DNA of 64,000 nt from a virus. Its lineage: Duplodnaviria > Caudoviricetes. The translations under genes and the position numbers were made by a program. Where the stretch lies: the IMG/VR virus record IMGVR_UViG_3300032138_000006, positions 1 through 64,000 of that record; one strand, 5' to 3'. This document shows positions 1 to 8,837 of this stretch, in pieces. The notes under the pieces were generated by a model, which was not told where the DNA came from, made no database searches, and saw only the letters and a program-made list of their open reading frames with translations. Position 1 is the stretch's first letter; each line of letters begins with the position of its first letter.

Positions 1-334
1 AAATGGCTTCGAAGACGATATCGCCGGAATGCTCAACACATGTTTGAAATATCTGAAAAAGGAATATAAAAATATCACTGGCGACGCGCTCTCTTTGAAG
101 AGTGTTGATGAGCCCGATATTTTGGTACAGAACACCTCCCGAGTTCGTTCATGGGTCCAAGCCAAGCAACATTTCCAGATCAACGGAATGGACGCTGAAT
201 CGATCAAGCAAGAAAGCGAAGACCGTCTAGACGACGCGATTAAGAACTGGCTAGCTATTGGTAAAGACAAATTTCCCAAGACCAAGAAACCAGAAAACGT
301 TTCTGGCAAGAGAGACGAGGAGCCACGCAAATGA
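1..334 (+). CDS. Hypothetical protein (5'-truncated)
   Basis: Frame is open from the window edge through the 29..334 ORF; its stop overlaps the next start (ATGA). Confidence 0.6.
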   Translation, partial: NGFEDDIAGMLNTCLKYLKKEYKNITGDALSLKSVDEPDILVQNTSRVRSWVQAKQHFQINGMDAESIKQESEDRLDDAIKNWLAIGKDKFPKTKKPENVSGKRDEEPRK

Positions 335-642
335 ACTTGACGAAAGGTAGATTGAGAGAAATCATTCAAGAAGAGCTTGCGAACATTTCATTGGGTGAAT
401 TGGACCAAGGGGGTGATAAAGACTCCGAGGAGCCTATGGAGAAGGATGCTGAGAAGCTTGAAGACAAATTGGACACCAGTGTAATTGATAACGTGTTTGA
501 TAAGATTTCAAATGTTAGAGAATTCAAAGACGTTATGACAATGCTTTTGAACAAAGCCTCTCAGCATCCTTCAATTAAGCCGAACAATGTTCGAAGAATT
601 CTTATTGACTTGGCGAAAGAAGCCGCAGCAGAAGCAAAATAA
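331..642 (+). CDS. Hypothetical protein with MNLTKGRLREIIQEE leader (putative internal head protein)
   Basis: GAGGAG SD upstream; N-terminal amphipathic LxExIxEE motif followed by an acidic linker. Confidence 0.6.
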   Translation: MNLTKGRLREIIQEELANISLGELDQGGDKDSEEPMEKDAEKLEDKLDTSVIDNVFDKISNVREFKDVMTMLLNKASQHPSIKPNNVRRILIDLAKEAAAEAK

Positions 643-651
643 GAGTAATGA

Positions 652-2229
652 ATGGGGTATCAGTTAACTAAAAACGAGATCATTAAAGAGATCGTCAAGT
701 CAGGAAAAGACCCAGCCTACTTTATCAACAACTATGCAAAGATCTCACACCCAATGCGCGGTCTTATTCCTTTCCGAACTTATGACTTTCAAGACGATCT
801 CCTAAGAGATTTCAACGACTATCGGTTCAATGTAATTTTAAAAGCACGGCAGCTTGGCATCTCTACTGTTACCGCTGCTTACGTTGCTTGGATGATGATG
901 TTTCACCGAGACAAGAACATTCTTGTCATTGCCACAAAGTTCTCCACAGCGGGAAACTTGGTTAAAAAAGTCAAGCACCTTATTAGAAACTTACCAGAGT
1001 GGATGATGGTATCTAACATCTCTGTTGATAACCGTACATCATTTGAACTCTCCAATGGTTCGCAAATCAAAGCATCTTCAACATCTGGCGACGCAGGTCG
1101 TTCAGAAGCCTTGTCACTCTTGGTCATTGACGAGGCAGCACACGTTGAAGGGCTGGAAGAACTGTGGACGGGTTTGTATCCCACGCTGTCTACAGGTGGT
1201 CGGTGCATTGCGTTGTCTACGCCCAACGGTGTGGGTAATTGGTTTCATCAAACTTTTATTGATGCAGACATTGCTGCAAACGATTTTCACCCAACAACTC
1301 TCCCTTGGGAGGTACACCCAGACCGCGACCAAGAGTGGTTTGAGAAAGAGACAAAGAACATGTCTCGTAGACAAATTGCTCAAGAGCTTGAGTGCAATTT
1401 TAACATGTCTGGCGAAACGGTTCTTCATCCATCGGATTTGGAAAAGATAGAAAAAGGTGATATTTGCGAACCAGTTTATAAAACTGGCTTCGATAGAAAC
1501 TTGTGGATTTGGGAAACTTATAATCCCGAACACACTTATCTCCTTGTTGCTGACGTCGCCCGTGGCGACGGGAAAGACTATTCAGCGTTTCACGTTATTG
1601 ATTTAAATACTTTAACGCAGGTAGCAGAATATCAAGGTCGCCCGAACCTTGACACTTACGCATCTTTACTTCAAGACACCGCAAGAGAATACGGAAATTG
1701 TATGCTTGTTGTGGAGAATAATAATATCGGGTTTGCCATTTTGGAAAAGCTTATTGAGGCAAATTATCCCAACATTTATTTTTCTGTCAAATCAACTCAT
1801 GAGTATATCGAACCACACTTGGCAGAGTACGCAAGCAATTCTGTCCCCGGCTTTACAACTACAATGAAAACAAGACCATTGATTATTGCAAAACTGGAAG
1901 AATTCATTCGTAATCAACTAATTACTTTGCATTCGTCTCGCATTTTAAATGAAATGAAAACTTTCATTTGGAATAATGGTAAGCCGGAAGCAATGCGAAG
2001 TTATCATGATGACTTGGTAATGAGTATGGCAATCGGGTGTTGGGTTAGGGACACGGCGTTGGTGACCAATCAGAGGGATATGGAATATAAAAAAGTTTTC
2101 TTAAATTCTATGACAAAATCTAATACAATATTGGATACAACCATACCCGGAATGACAGGGAACAAAAGCAAGGCAGCAGAAAAGCAAATAAAAGATCGAC
2201 AAGAATTCGGTTGGCTTTTTAAAGGATGA
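652..2229 (+). CDS. Terminase large subunit (T4 gp17-like)
   Basis: ILKARQLGIST Walker A, LLVIDEAA Walker B, STPNG motif III, nuclease ADVARGDGKDYS and HDDLVM. Confidence 0.95.
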   Translation: MGYQLTKNEIIKEIVKSGKDPAYFINNYAKISHPMRGLIPFRTYDFQDDLLRDFNDYRFNVILKARQLGISTVTAAYVAWMMMFHRDKNILVIATKFSTAGNLVKKVKHLIRNLPEWMMVSNISVDNRTSFELSNGSQIKASSTSGDAGRSEALSLLVIDEAAHVEGLEELWTGLYPTLSTGGRCIALSTPNGVGNWFHQTFIDADIAANDFHPTTLPWEVHPDRDQEWFEKETKNMSRRQIAQELECNFNMSGETVLHPSDLEKIEKGDICEPVYKTGFDRNLWIWETYNPEHTYLLVADVARGDGKDYSAFHVIDLNTLTQVAEYQGRPNLDTYASLLQDTAREYGNCMLVVENNNIGFAILEKLIEANYPNIYFSVKSTHEYIEPHLAEYASNSVPGFTTTMKTRPLIIAKLEEFIRNQLITLHSSRILNEMKTFIWNNGKPEAMRSYHDDLVMSMAIGCWVRDTALVTNQRDMEYKKVFLNSMTKSNTILDTTIPGMTGNKSKAAEKQIKDRQEFGWLFKG

Positions 2230-2235
2230 TAAACA

Positions 2236-4134
2236 ATGGCAGATAACGAGAACAATCCAAGAAATTCAGATTCCCCCCTCTTTAAAAGGTTAACTCGCCT
2301 TTTCTCTGGTCCGATTGTTAACTACCGTGCGCAAACAACACGCAATCTCCGTCGTAGACAGTTAGATAAATATAAATTTAGCTCTATGACCGGTCAGCAG
2401 TTTAAGAAAACACAGTATAATCCTTTTGAGAGTTTGTCAAGTGCTTATATGGCAAATCAAAACCGTGCTGATCGTTATGCCGACTTTGACCAGATGGAAT
2501 ACACTCCAGAGATTGCCTCGGCATTAGATATCTATGCAGATGAGATGACTACATCCACTTCACTCCAGCCATTGCTCACTATTGATTGCCCCAATGGGGA
2601 GATCAAGGATATGCTGGCTACACTTTATCACAATGTTTTAAATATTGAGTTCAACCTTTTTGGTTGGTGCCGCACGATGTGTAAATATGGCGACTTCTTT
2701 TTATATTTAGATATTGACGAGAACGAAGGGGTAAAGAATTCAATTGGTCTCCCCCCTCACGAGATTGAAAGATTGGAAGGTGAAGACAAGACCAATCCCA
2801 ATTATGTACAGTTCCAGTGGAACACCGGTGGGTTGACATTCGAGAACTGGCAGATCGCGCACCTTCGTATTTTAGGCAACGACAAGTATGCTCCATATGG
2901 AACATCCGCGCTAGAACCAGCACGCCGCATTTGGCGACAGCTTACGCTCTTGGAAGATGCGATGATGGCTTATCGTATTGTTCGCTCGCCCGAGCGCCGC
3001 GTGTTTTATATTGACGTTGGTAACATTGCACCAAACGATATTGAACAATACATGCAGAAGGTCATGACCCAGATGAAGCGCAGCCAAATTGTGGATGCAG
3101 ATACGGGTCGTGTCGATCTTCGTTATAACCCAATGAGCGTTGACGAAGATTATTTTATTCCAATGCGAGGCGGTCAGTCTTCACGAGTTGAAAGCCTACC
3201 CGGTGGAACATACACTGGCGACATTGATGATGTTAAATACTTGCGAGACAAACTGTTCTCCGCTTTGAAGGTGCCAATGTCGTATCTCTCAAGGGGCGAG
3301 GGAGCAGACGAGGACAAAGCCACGCTAGCGCAGAAGGATATTAGATTTGCTAGAACCATTCAAAGACTACAGAGAGCAATTCTTTCTGAGTTGGAGAAGG
3401 TTGGCATCATCCACTTATATACATTAGGTTATCGTGAAGAGGATCTGGTTTCGTTTAAATTAAAATTAAACAACCCATCAAGAATTGCAGAGCTTCAAGA
3501 GCTAGAACACTGGAAGACTAAATTTGATGTTGCCTCTGGTGCAACTGAAGGATACTTTAGTAAGCGATGGATCGCCAAAAACATCTTTAGTCAGTCGGAC
3601 GAAGAGCACCTTCAGAACCTTCGTGAAATGTTCTTTGACAAGAAGCATGAAACCGCGCTGGAAGCAGTAGCAGAAGAAGGCGCCGAGGAAGGCGGCGGTG
3701 ATATGGGAGGCGGTGACTTTGGCGGCGGCGGCGAAGATCTAGATCTCGGTGGCGAGGAAGGCGGCGAAGAAGGCGGTGAGGAAGAGGAAGAAGGTCCCCT
3801 CCTCGCAGCCCCAGCACGACGAGCCGATGACGGTTCGTACCTAACTCCCCGCGCAAAAGGGAAATATTATACACCTGTTAATTCAGACAAGAGGGACATT
3901 GGGGCAAATCGCCGCAGTACTCGATCACAATATTCTGATGAAACTGGAAGAGGCACACTGCGCAATATGTACAAGGGGATGGCTGATTTAAGTTCCCTTG
4001 TTAAAACAACTGGGCTTTCCGAGGGGAAAGAATCTAATTATTCTTTGGAAGAGAAGATGCTTAGTGTTGATAGTGAGGTGAAGTCTTTGATTAAAGAACT
4101 GGAGATAAAAAATAATGAAGTTAAAACACAATAA
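2236..4134 (+). CDS. Portal protein (T4 gp20-like) with acidic Gly-rich C-terminal extension
   Basis: LLEDAMMAYRIVRSPERRVFYIDVGN, EDYFIP, LPGG and DDVKYLRDKLFSALKVP are gp20-type motifs; follows the terminase. Confidence 0.93.
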   Translation: MADNENNPRNSDSPLFKRLTRLFSGPIVNYRAQTTRNLRRRQLDKYKFSSMTGQQFKKTQYNPFESLSSAYMANQNRADRYADFDQMEYTPEIASALDIYADEMTTSTSLQPLLTIDCPNGEIKDMLATLYHNVLNIEFNLFGWCRTMCKYGDFFLYLDIDENEGVKNSIGLPPHEIERLEGEDKTNPNYVQFQWNTGGLTFENWQIAHLRILGNDKYAPYGTSALEPARRIWRQLTLLEDAMMAYRIVRSPERRVFYIDVGNIAPNDIEQYMQKVMTQMKRSQIVDADTGRVDLRYNPMSVDEDYFIPMRGGQSSRVESLPGGTYTGDIDDVKYLRDKLFSALKVPMSYLSRGEGADEDKATLAQKDIRFARTIQRLQRAILSELEKVGIIHLYTLGYREEDLVSFKLKLNNPSRIAELQELEHWKTKFDVASGATEGYFSKRWIAKNIFSQSDEEHLQNLREMFFDKKHETALEAVAEEGAEEGGGDMGGGDFGGGGEDLDLGGEEGGEEGGEEEEEGPLLAAPARRADDGSYLTPRAKGKYYTPVNSDKRDIGANRRSTRSQYSDETGRGTLRNMYKGMADLSSLVKTTGLSEGKESNYSLEEKMLSVDSEVKSLIKELEIKNNEVKTQ

Positions 4135-4945
4135 GAAAAGAAATACCGCTTTTTTGTTTGAAGCACTGGTACGAGAGCTTACTAGGTCAGCAATCCGAAA
4201 AGACACAAATGCCTCGGTCGCATGTAAGGCAATTTTAAAAGAGCACTTCTCTTCTAGTTCAGTGTTGCATGAGGAATTAAAACTATATAGGGCTCTTTAT
4301 GAAACTCGGGGTCTGGCGAAGTCATCGGCAGAAAAATTAATTAAAGAAGTTAGAATTTCATATGAAAACTTGCTTGCCGAGAGTTCGGAGCAGATTTTTT
4401 CGGAGCAGAGCAAGGTCATCAAGAAGATCAATAAAAACATTTCGACCAGCGTTTTTTCCAACTTTGTCCCACAATATAAAAATCTTGCAACAGTGTATCA
4501 AATTTTCAATGGAGAGTTACCCCCTGAAAGGCGAGTACTCTTAGAAGAGACAATTTGTAATTCCTTGTCTGGCATCTCTTCGCCGCAGGAGAAAAAGACA
4601 CATCAAGTGGACAACCTTGTGATGAAGAACTTTGTGAAAAAGTTCAATGATCGGTATAGCGGCAGTCTACATGAAGAACAAAGTGTGCTTTTAAACAATT
4701 ACGTTTTATCGTTTTCAGATAACGGTCTCGCACTTAAGGCGTTTCTGAACGAAGAGATTGGTCGACTTCGAGATGTTGTTCATACCGGTATCATGCAAGA
4801 AGAGATTTCCAGTGACGAGGAAATGAAAGTAAAGACAAAGAAAGTTATAACAATGCTTGACGAATTCGCTAAGAAAAAAATCAATAGCGACATGTTGGAA
4901 AACGTATTGAAGATCCAGTCGCTGGTCAGGGAGATTGAGGCATAA
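4115..4945 (+). CDS. Hypothetical protein (head module)
   Basis: 276-aa helical ORF overlapping the portal end. Confidence 0.7.
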   Translation: MKLKHNKKRNTAFLFEALVRELTRSAIRKDTNASVACKAILKEHFSSSSVLHEELKLYRALYETRGLAKSSAEKLIKEVRISYENLLAESSEQIFSEQSKVIKKINKNISTSVFSNFVPQYKNLATVYQIFNGELPPERRVLLEETICNSLSGISSPQEKKTHQVDNLVMKNFVKKFNDRYSGSLHEEQSVLLNNYVLSFSDNGLALKAFLNEEIGRLRDVVHTGIMQEEISSDEEMKVKTKKVITMLDEFAKKKINSDMLENVLKIQSLVREIEA

Positions 4946-5502
4946 TGGCAGATATCGAAATAACAGTTAATACTCCTCCGGTTGAACCAGAGCCGCATGC
5001 AACAGTGGAGTTGCAGGCTCGTAAAACTCTGGATGATAATATTATGATCATGGATCACGAACAGATTGATGTTGTGATCTACCCCGCCAAGAATAAAATT
5101 TTAGCGCTGGCTAAAGATGATTTTCATGACATGGTATATGAAACACAGGATCGCCTTTTTAAGTTTTTATATAAAAGCGGCATTGTTGATATGTCGACCG
5201 TCCACGGCGGAAACGTATATGGCTCGATGGAGGGCACTATCCTTGAATCGACAGCCGACGGCGTGTCATCAGTTCAAATGGCAATGCTATCTATTGACAA
5301 ATTTATGGATATGGAAAGACCATACTTTATGGTTTCCAAGGCTTATGATCGAGCCGAGACCGCTCGCCTGACAGAGCCCGATCCGGAAGACAGCACCGAA
5401 CTGGGCGAGGTTCCGCAAGGCGAAGAGAAAGGTGCCCTCGGCACATCTCACGCATACGGTATGGGTGGAACTCACCAGCAGCGTGGCAGAAGGTTTGTTT
5501 AA
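4945..5502 (+). CDS. Hypothetical protein
   Basis: 185-aa ORF, TAATG-coupled to the upstream gene. Confidence 0.7.
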   Translation: MADIEITVNTPPVEPEPHATVELQARKTLDDNIMIMDHEQIDVVIYPAKNKILALAKDDFHDMVYETQDRLFKFLYKSGIVDMSTVHGGNVYGSMEGTILESTADGVSSVQMAMLSIDKFMDMERPYFMVSKAYDRAETARLTEPDPEDSTELGEVPQGEEKGALGTSHAYGMGGTHQQRGRRFV

Positions 5503-5511
5503 GAGGCGTTC

Positions 5512-5826
5512 TTGGATTTAATATATTTTATTTTATGTGCCTTCGGAATGACACAAATTATTGTGTACGGCTCAATCTTTAACACAGTCCGACCATCTAA
5601 AGAAAAATTCGCTGGCTTTTTCCATTGCCCTATGTGCATTGGCTTTTGGGTCGGCGTGTTTCTATGTGGAATAAACCCTTATACCGAACTATTTATGTTT
5701 GACATAAGTGTGGCGACAGCATTCTTGTTGGGATGCCTAAGCTCGGGCACTTCTTATGTTTTAACCATGTTATTCGGAGATAGGGGTATACGCAATGAAC
5801 TTTTTACAGGAAGAGAAGGCGATTAA
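5512..5826 (+). CDS. Small membrane protein with CPMC motif (DUF1360-like)
   Basis: Three hydrophobic segments and FHCPMCIGFW; TTG start after AGAGG. Confidence 0.6.
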   Translation: MDLIYFILCAFGMTQIIVYGSIFNTVRPSKEKFAGFFHCPMCIGFWVGVFLCGINPYTELFMFDISVATAFLLGCLSSGTSYVLTMLFGDRGIRNELFTGREGD

Positions 5827-5875
5827 TCGCAAATGGGGCTTACAGCCGGTGCGACGTTGTTGCAAAGGCTCTTAG
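5795..5875 (+). CDS. Putative 26-aa peptide MNFLQEEKAINRKWGLQPVRRCCKGS
   Basis: Below the ORF-track cutoff; AGGGGT upstream of ATG 5795; TAG 5873-5875 is in frame with the protease ORF. Confidence 0.35.
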   Translation: MNFLQEEKAINRKWGLQPVRRCCKGS

Positions 5876-5911
5876 CTCGTGCGGGTAACGCCCGTAGATG
5901 AGGAGAATATG

Positions 5912-6514
5912 ATGTCTAAAATGGTATTAAGAGAATATTTTGAACTTTGTGAAGGTGGTGTTTGCCAAGACTTCTTGACCGAAGCAGAGAAAGCCGAGGT
6001 CAGAAATGGCGCACTCTACTTGACCGGGATTATGCAGAAGGCTGACACGCCAAATGGCAACGGTCGCGTCTATCCGCAGAAAGTTTTACACCGAGAGGTC
6101 CAAAACTATCAGAAGCTTGTCAAGGAACGCAGAGCCCTTGGAGAGTTGGACCACCCAGAGGATTCGGTTATCAACCTGAAGAATGCTTCTCATATGGTTA
6201 CCGATATTTGGTGGGACGGTCAGAGTGTAATGGGGAAAGTAAAGGTACTCAACACCCCATCCGGACGCATCCTTCAGGACCTTGTAGGCTCTGGTGTAAC
6301 ACTCGGCATTTCATCTCGCGGTCTCGGATCTGTGCACGAATCTAGCAGCGGCGCAGCCGTAGTGGAAGAGGACTTTCAATTGATTTGTTTTGATTTTGTG
6401 TCAGAACCTTCAACTCCCGGTGCTTATATGATGAAAGAGCATAAGGAGCCAAACATCTTTACCAAAGCTGATAAAATCAATCGAGCTTTGAACGAAATTA
6501 TAGGTGCGAAATGA
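5912..6514 (+). CDS. Prohead core protease (T4 gp21-like)
   Basis: NGNGRVYP, ALGELDHP, GISSRGLGS, DFVSEPSTPGA; AGGAG SD at 5901-5905 favours ATG 5912. Confidence 0.93.
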   Translation: MSKMVLREYFELCEGGVCQDFLTEAEKAEVRNGALYLTGIMQKADTPNGNGRVYPQKVLHREVQNYQKLVKERRALGELDHPEDSVINLKNASHMVTDIWWDGQSVMGKVKVLNTPSGRILQDLVGSGVTLGISSRGLGSVHESSSGAAVVEEDFQLICFDFVSEPSTPGAYMMKEHKEPNIFTKADKINRALNEIIGAK

Positions 6515-6930
6515 AAAAGAGCGAACTCAAAGAAACATTGAAGCCGCTAATTAAAGAATGTATCAAAGAGGTTATGTTCGAGGACGGTACGCTTTCAACA
6601 ATAATTGCAGAAGTTGTCAAGGGCGTCGGCGCTCAAGCCCCGCTTGTTGAAGAGGCGACCCCTACGCAGCAGCCTATCGTCGACACTGCCAGAGAGCAGC
6701 AGGTCGCAGCAATGAAAGAAGAATACAAAAGAGAGATGGAAACCCAGCGAAATAAATTAAATGAAGCAGTTTCAACTCGTTTCGGCGGTATTGATCTGTT
6801 TGAAGGGACAACCCCTATATCTAAAGCTGGACAGCCCGGATCCCCAAGTGCCCCATCCTCACCCTTTCAAGGAGTTGATCCAGAAGACCCCGGCGTTGAC
6901 ATTTCAAAGCTTGGAATACTCGGAAAGTAG
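6511..6930 (+). CDS. Hypothetical head-associated protein
   Basis: MKKSELKETLKPLIKECIKEV leader; ATGA-coupled to the protease. Confidence 0.65.
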   Translation: MKKSELKETLKPLIKECIKEVMFEDGTLSTIIAEVVKGVGAQAPLVEEATPTQQPIVDTAREQQVAAMKEEYKREMETQRNKLNEAVSTRFGGIDLFEGTTPISKAGQPGSPSAPSSPFQGVDPEDPGVDISKLGILGK

Positions 6931-6939
6931 GAGAACAAA

Positions 6940-7158
6940 ATGGCTAATAGCCCAATACAAGTAGAGGTCAGACCTAGACCAAACGAACCCACAGAAAGAT
7001 TAATTCGCCGGTTTGTTAAAAAGGTCAAAAAAGAGGGAATTTTAGATGAAGTTCGTGATAGAATGTATTATGAAAAGCCCTCAACAAAGCGCCGAAGAGA
7101 AAAAATTAGAAGAAAACAACTCGCTCGTCGCGCACAAGAGAAGAACAACAAACGATAG
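6940..7158 (+). CDS. rpsU: Ribosomal protein bS21 homolog
   Basis: 72 aa, basic; V.VR..E..ERLIRRF.KK...EGIL.EVR.R.YYEKPS.KRRR fits the bS21 signature; AGGAG SD. Confidence 0.88.
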   Translation: MANSPIQVEVRPRPNEPTERLIRRFVKKVKKEGILDEVRDRMYYEKPSTKRRREKIRRKQLARRAQEKNNKR

Positions 7159-7184
7159 TCTATTTATAAGACGAGGAGAAAAAA

Positions 7185-7583
7185 ATGGCAACAGGAAGAT
7201 CAACATGGGCAGGCTACGGGCGCACGCGCCGTCCTAAAAACATTGCGGGACCAGACGGCACGGCTGTAGCTAGTGTTGCCGACCTTGCCGCAGCTAAGAG
7301 TGTTACCGACGCAAGCACCAACGCAGATAAGACTGGCACTGGTGTATATGCGACGGAGAACCAAAGATTTCTGCACGTTTGCACCTACAATACCGGCGCC
7401 ATTAGCAAAATATATGGATATACATATGCTTCAGGAAACTGGGGAGAGCTTAAAACGTCCGGTGGAAGCTCTTGGGCCATCTCGGCTGGCACCCATGGTG
7501 TCATCACTATTGCCGGAGTTGATTTAGTTGCTTTTACTTTAGCCAACTCCACCACTGTTTATGCAGCCTGTAGCACGTTTTAG
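7185..7583 (+). CDS. Hypothetical virion protein, paralog A
   Basis: MATGRSTWAGYGRTRRPKN...TENQRFLHV...VYAACSTF; late motif at 7159. Confidence 0.75.
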   Translation: MATGRSTWAGYGRTRRPKNIAGPDGTAVASVADLAAAKSVTDASTNADKTGTGVYATENQRFLHVCTYNTGAISKIYGYTYASGNWGELKTSGGSSWAISAGTHGVITIAGVDLVAFTLANSTTVYAACSTF

Positions 7584-7594
7584 GAGAATACACA

Positions 7595-8005
7595 ATGGCA
7601 ACAGGTAGAACAAAATGGGAAGGTTACGGTCGGACTCGCTGCCCTAAAAATGTAATTGGGGCGCACGGCGCTGGCGCTGTAACGGTCCTCGCCCATGATG
7701 CCGTACCATCTGGCATTACCGCAACTGATGGCACAGGTGGTTATCCTACAGAGAATCAGAGATATCTGCATGTGATGGTCGACCCAGCCGCAGCCGGTGC
7801 CCCGGATCGGGATATTGAGGTCTGGGCATATTCATATTTTTCTGGAGTGTGGGCAAAATATGGTGTAATTGATTGCAGCGGTATAACCGAGAATACAACA
7901 TTTGTATCAGCGATTTATGGTATTGATCGTGTTGCATTTGTTAGAGATGCAGGTGCATGGGGCGACGCCCCGGATGCGGTTTATGCAGCTTGTAACACAT
8001 TTTAG
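7595..8005 (+). CDS. Hypothetical virion protein, paralog B
   Basis: MATGRTKWEGYGRTRCPKN...TENQRYLHV...VYAACNTF. Confidence 0.75.
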   Translation: MATGRTKWEGYGRTRCPKNVIGAHGAGAVTVLAHDAVPSGITATDGTGGYPTENQRYLHVMVDPAAAGAPDRDIEVWAYSYFSGVWAKYGVIDCSGITENTTFVSAIYGIDRVAFVRDAGAWGDAPDAVYAACNTF

Positions 8006-8015
8006 GAGATAATTT

Positions 8016-8750
8016 ATGGGAGGCTTCGGCAAATTCAGCAAGAACTTTGGACGCGGCAGCGCAGGCGGTGGAGCAGTAACCCTGCAAGACCTGACCGACG
8101 TTGGCTGGACTCTTCCCACAGAAGCCGAGACCCGTGAAGTTCTAACCTACAATGGTGAAAAATGGGCACCCTCCGACACACCCCCTTTTCTAGAGGGTGG
8201 TGATACAGGAGGTTCAGACCGCACCATTGGAAATAAAGACGCTTACGCATTGAACCTGTCAACGAGCAACTCCACCCGACTGCAAATCAAGGATGATGGG
8301 TTTATTGGTATCGGAGCCACTGGAAATGCCGTTACGCACAAGCTCACGCTTCCGAACGATTCAAACGGGAACAACGGAAAAGCAAAAGCATTTGCTTGGG
8401 CAACTTATTCTTCAAAAAGATATAAGGAAGATATCGAACCAATCAAGGATCCTGTAGGGTTAATCAATAAAATTGAAGGAGTTACATACAAGTGGAAAGA
8501 CTCTGGATATTGTGATATTGGCTTCGTCGCAGAAGACGTCGGCAAAGTCATCCCCTCTGTCGTCGACTATGAAGAGAATGGTGTCGATGCCATCGCCATG
8601 GACTACACTCGGCTCAACGCGGTGATCGTCGAAGCGGTGAAAGTCCATGACAAGAAATTAGAAAAATTAATTAATTTAGTGGACACTGTGCACTCAATGC
8701 AAAAGAAAAAATTAATCTCAATCTGCTCCATTCTTAACCCCTCTAGATAG
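8016..8750 (+). CDS. Short fibre protein with C-terminal peptidase S74 intramolecular chaperone
   Basis: TYSSKRYKEDI..I.GVTYKWK...IGFVAEDV..VIPSVV...MDYTRL....VEAVK. Confidence 0.8.
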   Translation: MGGFGKFSKNFGRGSAGGGAVTLQDLTDVGWTLPTEAETREVLTYNGEKWAPSDTPPFLEGGDTGGSDRTIGNKDAYALNLSTSNSTRLQIKDDGFIGIGATGNAVTHKLTLPNDSNGNNGKAKAFAWATYSSKRYKEDIEPIKDPVGLINKIEGVTYKWKDSGYCDIGFVAEDVGKVIPSVVDYEENGVDAIAMDYTRLNAVIVEAVKVHDKKLEKLINLVDTVHSMQKKKLISICSILNPSR

Positions 8751-8763
8751 ACTAATTATAGGC

Positions 8764-8803
8764 GAGTATCACGGAAGCCTCCGGGCTTCTTCTCGTGATG
8801 CTT
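8764..8803 (+). promoter_or_regulatory. Long hairpin in the 5' leader of the large fibre gene
   Basis: GAGTATCACG/CGTGATGCTT plus GAAGCC-TCCG-GGCTTC, immediately after the late motif at 8751. Confidence 0.55.
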
Positions 8804-8837
8804 ACTCATACTAATTTATTTTGGGAGGAATAAAAAT

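Noticed and set aside
3670-3800. GGC/GAA-rich repeat in the portal gene as a separate element
   Set aside because: Fully explained by the acidic Gly-rich low-complexity tail of the portal protein.
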